Shown here in pieces: positions 10,331 through 16,169 of a DNA stretch of 35,018 bases. Position numbers and translations under genes: made by a program. The notes below the pieces were generated by a model. It did no database searches. It had not been told where the DNA came from and saw only the letters and a list, made by a program, of their open reading frames with translations. Origin of the DNA: Rhodobacter sp. (GTDB lineage Bacteria; Pseudomonadota; Alphaproteobacteria; Rhodobacterales; Rhodobacteraceae); NCBI GenBank assembly GCA_003536295.1, contig DPZQ01000102.1:3004-38021 (forward strand). The letters are read 5' to 3'. Each line of letters starts with the position of its first letter. Positions within the stretch are counted from its first letter, which is position 1.

Positions 10331-12667
10331 ATGACAAAAATTTTGATAGCCGCGCCCTTGGCAGCGGCCCTTGTGGCCAAGGGTTATGAAACCTTAACGC
10401 CTGTACAAGATGCCGTTTTGGCAGAAGGTGTTTCGGGACGAGATCTTTTGGTTTCAGCGCAAACGGGCTCGGGCAAGACTGTTGCATTTGGGATGGCCAT
10501 AGCGGATGAGCTTTTACGTGGCGCGGATAAGCTTTTATATGCTGACACTCCTATGGCTCTTTGTATTGCTCCTACGCGCGAATTGGCTTTGCAAGTAGCA
10601 CGCGAACTTGACTGGCTTTATGCTAACACGGGGGCAAAAATCGCTACCTGTGTGGGTGGGATGGATTATCGCACCGAAAAACGTGCACTTGAGCGTGGCG
10701 CGCATATTGTTGTGGGCACTCCAGGTCGTTTGCGCGACCATATCGAGCGGCGCTCGCTTGATCTGTCGGGTTTGCGCGCTTGTGTCTTGGACGAAGCCGA
10801 TGAGATGCTAGATCTTGGCTTTCGCGAAGATTTGGAATTCATCTTGGAAAAGGCCCCCGAAGACCGCCGCACCTTGATGTTTTCGGCCACCGTCCCAAAA
10901 GCGATTGCCGAGCTTGCAAAAAACTTTCAAACTAACGCGTTGCGTTTGCAAACAGCGGGAGACGCGAAACAGCATGTCGATATTGAATATCGTGCCTTGA
11001 ACGTTTCGGCGCGTGACCGTGAACATGCGATCTTTAATCTGTTGCGCTTTTACGAAGCGCGCACTGCGATTGTTTTTTGTAAAACCCGCGTTGCGGTGAA
11101 CCATCTTTTGGCCCGTATGGGCAACCGTGGTTTTCAAGTCGTGGCCCTATCGGGTGAGCTAAGCCAGCAAGAGCGAACACATGCGTTGCAAGCGTTGCGC
11201 GATGGCCGTGCGCGCGTTTGTATTGCCACTGACGTTGCTGCGCGTGGTATTGATTTACCCGGACTTGATCTGGTGATACATGCGGATCTTCCGTCAAATT
11301 CGGAAACGCTGTTGCACCGCTCGGGCCGTACGGGTCGGGCGGGCTCAAAGGGCGTGTCTGCTTTGATCGTGACGCAGCCTGAATTCCGTAAAGCGCAACG
11401 CTTGTTGCAAGGCGCGAAGGTTGTGGCTGAGTGGGCTAAAGCCCCCTCAGCAGAAGAAGTTTCCGCTAAAGATGATATGCGTTTACTTGAGCACCCGTGC
11501 CTTGTGCAGCCTGTTGGCGAAGATGCTGATATTGCTGCGATCATTCTTGAGCGTTTCGGCCCTGAACAAGCGGCTGCAGCCTTTGTCCGCCTTTGGCGCG
11601 AAGGGCGCTCTGCCCCAGAAGAGTTGCAAGATGTGTCAAGTTCTGCTGCGCCCGCCCCGCGTGAGCGCGCTGAGTTTGGCGATTCCGTTTGGTATAGCAT
11701 TTCGGTTGGCCGTGCAGGCCGAGCGGAAGCGCGGTGGCTTTTGCCGAAAATCTGTGATGCGGGCGATATTACCAAAAATGAAATTGGTGCGATCCGCGTA
11801 CAAGAAGAGCAAACCTTTGTTCAAATTGGCATGGCCGTGGCCTCTAAATTTGGTGATGGTTTAGATTTGGAAGAGGGCGTGACCATGTTGCGCCTTGCAG
11901 GCGAGCCAACGATGGATCGCCCAGAACGTAGTCCTGGAAAATCCTTTAGCAAAGGCGCCCCGCGCGCGCCACGTGAAGATCGACCCGCTTATCGTGACGA
12001 CAAGCCTGCCTATAAAGAAGCGCCTGCCCGTACAGCTCGCCCCACTTACCGCGACGACAAGCCTGCTTTTAAAGACGCCCCGGCCCGTGCAGCTCGCGCC
12101 GAGCGTTCAGAAAAGCCAGCCTACACGCCCAAGCCATCGCGTTTTGTTGACGAAGACGCCCCATCATCGCCACCCCGAAAAGCGTATGACCCGTCGCAAG
12201 ACGGTGTAGTGCAATCTTACGGCGCGCGCGATGACGCCCCGCGCAAACCTTATGCTAAACGCGATGGCGCATCGAAGCCCTACGCCAAACGCGATGGCAC
12301 AGCGAAGCCATATGCTAATCGTGACGAAACTACTGCCAAGCCCTATGCAAAAAAGCCCTTTGTAAAACGCTCGGAAGGTGCTGAACCTTTTGCAAGCCGT
12401 GACGGAGCTGACAAAAAGCCACGTTGGGTAGGAGCAGACAAAGCCGCGCCAAAATCGGTGGGCTTTAAATCGCATGGTGGAGCCGCGGATCGTCCAGCGC
12501 GCTCCGCTGGGTTTAAGACCCACGGTGCTGAGGGCCGCCCTGCAGGAGGTAAATATGAGGGCAAGCCGGCAGGGGCTAAACCGTATGTTAAAGCGGCTGG
12601 GCCAAAATCTAAGCCTGCGGCCACCGACACCTCAAAACGCTTTACTCCGCCGCGCAAAGCGAAATAA
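10331..12667 (+). CDS. DEAD-box ATP-dependent RNA helicase with DbpA-type RNA-binding domain and long basic repetitive C-terminal tail
   Basis: Motifs AQTGSGKT, PTRELA, DEAD (LDEADEMLD), SAT and HRSGRTGRAG. AGGAAA lies upstream of the ATG at 10331. The last 250 or so aa are rich in K, P, A, R, D and Y and contain tandem repeats. Confidence 0.9.
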   Translation: MTKILIAAPLAAALVAKGYETLTPVQDAVLAEGVSGRDLLVSAQTGSGKTVAFGMAIADELLRGADKLLYADTPMALCIAPTRELALQVARELDWLYANTGAKIATCVGGMDYRTEKRALERGAHIVVGTPGRLRDHIERRSLDLSGLRACVLDEADEMLDLGFREDLEFILEKAPEDRRTLMFSATVPKAIAELAKNFQTNALRLQTAGDAKQHVDIEYRALNVSARDREHAIFNLLRFYEARTAIVFCKTRVAVNHLLARMGNRGFQVVALSGELSQQERTHALQALRDGRARVCIATDVAARGIDLPGLDLVIHADLPSNSETLLHRSGRTGRAGSKGVSALIVTQPEFRKAQRLLQGAKVVAEWAKAPSAEEVSAKDDMRLLEHPCLVQPVGEDADIAAIILERFGPEQAAAAFVRLWREGRSAPEELQDVSSSAAPAPRERAEFGDSVWYSISVGRAGRAEARWLLPKICDAGDITKNEIGAIRVQEEQTFVQIGMAVASKFGDGLDLEEGVTMLRLAGEPTMDRPERSPGKSFSKGAPRAPREDRPAYRDDKPAYKEAPARTARPTYRDDKPAFKDAPARAARAERSEKPAYTPKPSRFVDEDAPSSPPRKAYDPSQDGVVQSYGARDDAPRKPYAKRDGASKPYAKRDGTAKPYANRDETTAKPYAKKPFVKRSEGAEPFASRDGADKKPRWVGADKAAPKSVGFKSHGGAADRPARSAGFKTHGAEGRPAGGKYEGKPAGAKPYVKAAGPKSKPAATDTSKRFTPPRKAK
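11981..12094 (+). repeat. in-frame 57-nt tandem duplication inside the helicase tail
   Basis: RPAYRDDKPAYKEAPARTA (11981-12037) is followed directly by RPTYRDDKPAFKDAPARAA (12038-12094). Confidence 0.85.
12245..12361 (+). repeat. in-frame 30-33-nt tandem repeats (about 4 units) inside the helicase tail
   Basis: The units read KPYAKRDGAS, KPYAKRDGTA, KPYANRDETTA and KPYAKKPF. Confidence 0.85.
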
Positions 12668-12672
12668 TCAAG

Positions 12673-12697
12673 GTCGCCCTTCGGGGCGGCTTTTTTT
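12673..12697 (+). terminator. rho-independent terminator of the helicase gene
   Basis: A 7-bp GC-rich stem (GTCGCCC with GGGCGGC, one G-U pair) with a TTCG loop, followed by T7 (12691-12697). It begins 6 nt after the stop codon. Confidence 0.85.
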
Positions 12698-12699
12698 CT

Positions 12700-14085
12700 T
12701 TAGGGCTTTACGCCCCACGCGGCACATTTTCGTTCTATTGTTTTCCGCGAAATACCCAAAAGACGCGCCGCCTCGGCGCGGTTGCCGAGGGTTAGGGCCA
12801 AGACATCTTGGATGTGGAACCGCTCAACCTGGTCAAGTGCATGGTTTTTTATAAGGGATTTTTTTCCCTGTGTGCCACCGTCAAACGGGGTGTCAAACTG
12901 CTGATTCAGAAGTGCTTTTTTCACGGTATTTTTTAATTCTCGCACATTTCCGGGCCAAGAATATTGTGCCATCAAGTTGGCGCCTTTCTCGGAAATTTCC
13001 AACGCAGGCATTTTCGCATCGTATGCAAATTGGGCCATGAAGCTTTCTGCCAATTGACGAATGTCGCCAACACGTTCGGACAATCTTGGCATCGTTAGGC
13101 TTAAGGCCGATATGCGGTGATAAAAATCAGGCTCAAGGGTAGCTGTAGAAAGGGTGGCGTTTGCTGCGGCGATGAACCTGACCGAGATTGTGCGGGTTTG
13201 AGGTGATCCTACGGGGCGAATAACTTGTTCTTCAATGGCTTTTAGTAAAACGCCTTGGACCTGAGGGGCAAGATCGTTTACGCGGTTTAGGCACAGCACT
13301 CCCTTATTAGCCCGCATGATTAGGCCGTCTTTGATGCTTCCATCAGCGGCTACAAAGCCGAAGAGCTCGGCTGCTGCAGTTTCGGGGTTAAGGCTGGCGC
13401 AGGCAACACTTATAAAGGGCCCGGTGGCACGTTCGCTGAGTGCATGAAGCATTCTGGCGGCGCTCTCTTTTCCGGTTCCGGTTTCGCCCGTGATTAGAAG
13501 TGCGTCGTCTTGCTTGGCGAGTAGTTCGATTTTATCTCGCAAGGCTCGCATTACGCTGGAGTTGCCCAGAAGCCCAGTTTTCGCAGCAGCTTGTGATAAG
13601 GGTATATATTTGTGTGGGGCAAGGGGGCGAAGGTGTAATTTGCTGAACTGCTCAAGTGATTTTAAGGTGCGTTCAACATTAAGCGGTTTTTTTAAAACAT
13701 CACGCACGCCAGCCTGCATGGCATAGATAGCAGTATCAAGATCGAATGAACGCGTCATTACAATAGCATCTGACACAAGACCCTGACCGCGCCAGGACAT
13801 CAGCCATTCCAAACCAGACATGTCAGGTAAAATGTTTTCAATTATTATTAGGTCAAAAGCCTGCCCTTTAAGCTTTTCCTCGGCAATTTCAGTTGTTTTG
13901 GCCCATTCCACATGTTTGCAATTAAGCGAAATCATGCGTGTAAGCTTACGTACTGTCGTTTCGTCATAGTCAATGATTAAAACAGAATTGATCAAAAAAC
14001 TGCCGGCTTTTAGCGGAGACTTTAGGTTCTTTACCGGTATATTTGTTCCGCTATTTTTTGCGCCCGTCGTGCTTGCACCATTCAA
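12700..14085 (-). CDS. atypical NtrC-family (receiver + AAA+ + Fis-HTH) transcriptional regulator with degenerate phosphoacceptor, GAFTGA and Walker B motifs
   Basis: The receiver domain is VLIIDYDE...DLIIIENILPDMSG...VMTRS...KKP. The AAA+ domain has Walker A GETGTGKE and WPGNVREL. The C-terminus carries an HTH (AARLLGISRKTIERK). The ORF opens at a TTG and no ATG lies upstream of the receiver domain, so the start is uncertain. Confidence 0.8.
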   Translation of the reverse strand: MNGASTTGAKNSGTNIPVKNLKSPLKAGSFLINSVLIIDYDETTVRKLTRMISLNCKHVEWAKTTEIAEEKLKGQAFDLIIIENILPDMSGLEWLMSWRGQGLVSDAIVMTRSFDLDTAIYAMQAGVRDVLKKPLNVERTLKSLEQFSKLHLRPLAPHKYIPLSQAAAKTGLLGNSSVMRALRDKIELLAKQDDALLITGETGTGKESAARMLHALSERATGPFISVACASLNPETAAAELFGFVAADGSIKDGLIMRANKGVLCLNRVNDLAPQVQGVLLKAIEEQVIRPVGSPQTRTISVRFIAAANATLSTATLEPDFYHRISALSLTMPRLSERVGDIRQLAESFMAQFAYDAKMPALEISEKGANLMAQYSWPGNVRELKNTVKKALLNQQFDTPFDGGTQGKKSLIKNHALDQVERFHIQDVLALTLGNRAEAARLLGISRKTIERKCAAWGVKP

Positions 14086-14099
14086 GGCGGTGACCTATT

Positions 14100-14225
14100 T
14101 CAATCTAAGCGAACAGAGGGCCCCGCAGCGGCGGCGGCTGTTGTTTGGCCCATTTGTCCAAGCGTAAATTGCGCTGCAAAGGACAGAACTACTATAGCAA
14201 TAAATGCTAGATACATTGTTTTCAT
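14100..14225 (-). CDS. candidate 41-aa small exported or membrane protein (below the ORF-track cutoff)
   Basis: My own translation is MKTMYLAFIAIVVLSFAAQFTLGQMGQTTAAAAAGPSVRLD. The ATG lies 5 nt after AGAGG and 12 nt after the FDH gamma stop, and the ORF ends 14 nt before the regulator ORF. The N-terminus looks like a signal peptide or transmembrane helix. I recognise no homology. Confidence 0.35.
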   Translation of the reverse strand: MKTMYLAFIAIVVLSFAAQFTLGQMGQTTAAAAAGPSVRLD

Positions 14226-14237
14226 TGTGGCCTCTGA

Positions 14238-15464
14238 TTATTCATTGGGATGGTGGTCAGCTGGCTTGCCAGTCACGTCTGTGTACCAGATGCTGTGATG
14301 CTCTTTGGCCCAGTTTTCATCTACTTCGCCTTCGCCCATTGCTTCAAACGCGCCCTGCATACCAACCGAGCCAATATAGATATGTGCCAACGCAATGGCC
14401 ATAAAGACAAATGCGATGATCGTGTGCCAAACTTGGGCCAGTTGCATTTCAGCATGATGGGTTAACTGCTCGGGCAAAGGATCAACGCCAAGAAGCCAAG
14501 GCAGTCCAAGCGAATTGATATGGGCAAAGCTGCTGGCAAAAAGTTCCAATTTGTATGGGAACAGCAATGACAGTCCTGACACGGAAATAGACAGTCCCAG
14601 AACTACAACCGCCCAAAATATTAGTTTCTGTCCAGCATTAAATTTGCGCGCTGGTGGGTGGACACCCTTTGTAAAAAGACCTCCGCCAACCATTAGCCAC
14701 TTCAGATCGTCCCGGTTTGGGATGTTATGTGCGATCCAGCAGACAGTGATCCAAACCAAGCCAATCATAAATGGCCAAGCGAAATTATTGTGGATCCACT
14801 TTCCGATAGTTGCGTAGCTCGCGTAGAACTCATGCCCAAGCAGAGGAATAAGGGCGACCCGGCCAAATAGTTGTAAAAGCCCTGTCAGACCCAGAATTAC
14901 AAAAGCCCCTGCCATTAGCCAGTGGCCAAAACGCTCAACCGCTTTAAAACGTGTGATTTTTTGTCCAGAAAGCCCAGAATCGATCATGATACGGCCACGA
15001 ACTAAGTAAAAAAGTACCAAAAGCGCTGTTACACCCAACAACGCTGAGCCGCCATATTCACGTAAAGGTCCGGCCCGAAATGCTAGCCAAGCCATACCTG
15101 TGTCTTGAATGATTTCGAGTGATTCGGGTGTGCGTGTCGAAAGCGTCATGTCCGCTGAACCATAGCGCAATGCGCGCCACAGCTCAGGGTCAGAGGCGCC
15201 ACCTAAGGTCCCAAGTTGATTTGTCGTAACGGCGCCAACCGCATCGCTGCCGTCGTTTTGTGAACGAAAACTGCTGTCAACTTTTGCATTGGCTTGACGG
15301 GCCAAAACATCTTCAAGTGTCTGTGCACCGCCTGTAGCACTGCGATCTATCGCGGCTGCGAGCCCGGTGGAGTTATCTTCTTGTGCCAGAACAGGCGACA
15401 CCATGTTCAATAAAAGAAAAACCAATGCGGTTGAAACGGTCTTAGAAATGCTCTTGGCTATCAT
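14238..15464 (-). CDS. formate dehydrogenase gamma subunit (cytochrome b) with N-terminal signal peptide and periplasmic extension
   Basis: The C-terminal half has FdnI-like transmembrane helices with conserved His residues (ERFGHWLMA, WIHN, VWHTIIAFVFMAIALAHIY). The start is set at ATG 15464 (MIAKSISKTVSTALVFLLLNMVSPVLAQ, signal-like). The longer TTG start at 15527 falls inside a hairpin. Confidence 0.8.
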   Translation of the reverse strand: MIAKSISKTVSTALVFLLLNMVSPVLAQEDNSTGLAAAIDRSATGGAQTLEDVLARQANAKVDSSFRSQNDGSDAVGAVTTNQLGTLGGASDPELWRALRYGSADMTLSTRTPESLEIIQDTGMAWLAFRAGPLREYGGSALLGVTALLVLFYLVRGRIMIDSGLSGQKITRFKAVERFGHWLMAGAFVILGLTGLLQLFGRVALIPLLGHEFYASYATIGKWIHNNFAWPFMIGLVWITVCWIAHNIPNRDDLKWLMVGGGLFTKGVHPPARKFNAGQKLIFWAVVVLGLSISVSGLSLLFPYKLELFASSFAHINSLGLPWLLGVDPLPEQLTHHAEMQLAQVWHTIIAFVFMAIALAHIYIGSVGMQGAFEAMGEGEVDENWAKEHHSIWYTDVTGKPADHHPNE

Positions 15465-15508
15465 GGTTTGTCCCAGCCCTTGTTGGTTATGCGTGGTGTT
15501 CGTCAGAG

Positions 15509-15537
15509 CGGGCCCGCATTTAAGCAATGCGGGCCCG
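15509..15537 (-). other. perfect 12-bp inverted repeat (stem-loop) between the FDH beta and gamma genes
   Basis: CGGGCCCGCATT (15509-15520), loop TAAGC, AATGCGGGCCCG (15526-15537). No U-tract follows on the transcribed strand. Confidence 0.7.
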
Positions 15538-15563
15538 TAGAGTTCCGCTAAACGTTGAAACGC

Positions 15564-16157
15564 TTAGTTGGATTTTTGCTCATAGGCTGTACCCCAACCC
15601 CAAGCGCCAGAACCAAAGCCGCGGGCGACTACACGCTCACGGTAGATGGCCGACACAACGTCGCCATCACCCGCCAAAAGTGCCTTTGTCGAACACATTT
15701 CCGCGCAGATAGGCAATTTGCCCTCTGCAATCCGATTGCGGCCATATTTTTGGAACTCGGCTGCCGAATGATCTTCTTCGGGGCCACCGGCACAGAAGGT
15801 ACATTTGTCCATTTTGCCACGGCTTCCAAAGTTACCAGCCTGAGGATATTGTGGCGCGCCAAATGGGCACGCGTAGAAGCAATAACCGCAGCCAATACAA
15901 AGATCTTTCGAGTGGAGCACTATGCCGTCGGCTGTTTGATAGAAACAATCCACGGGACAGACTGCCATACAGGGCGCATCTGAACAATGCATACAGGCGA
16001 CCGAAATTGATCTTTCACCTGGTTTGCCATCATTCAAAGTCACCACGCGGCGCCGATTTATGCCCCATGGGACTTCGTGCTCGTTCTTACATGCTGTTAC
16101 GCAAGCATTGCACTCAATGCAGCGTTCGGCGTCACAGAGAAATTTTGCTCTTGCCAT
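15564..16157 (-). CDS. fdh3B: formate dehydrogenase iron-sulfur (beta) subunit, FDH3-type, four [4Fe-4S] motifs, no membrane anchor
   Basis: Cys motifs CIECNACVTAC, CMHCSDAPCMAVCP, CIGCGYCFYACP and CTFC...CAEMC. AGGAG lies upstream of the ATG. Confidence 0.8.
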   Translation of the reverse strand: MARAKFLCDAERCIECNACVTACKNEHEVPWGINRRRVVTLNDGKPGERSISVACMHCSDAPCMAVCPVDCFYQTADGIVLHSKDLCIGCGYCFYACPFGAPQYPQAGNFGSRGKMDKCTFCAGGPEEDHSAAEFQKYGRNRIAEGKLPICAEMCSTKALLAGDGDVVSAIYRERVVARGFGSGAWGWGTAYEQKSN

Positions 16158-16169
16158 TTTCTAAACTCC

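Noticed and set aside
11134-11775. Long antisense ORFs: 11134-11775 (-), 17175-17828 (+), 20562-21053 (+), 8292-8729 (-), 22119-22439 (-) and others in the track.
   Set aside because: Each lies wholly inside a confidently assigned gene on the opposite strand. Their products are Arg/Ser/Cys/Pro-rich and lack motifs, as expected for shadow frames. There is no RBS evidence.
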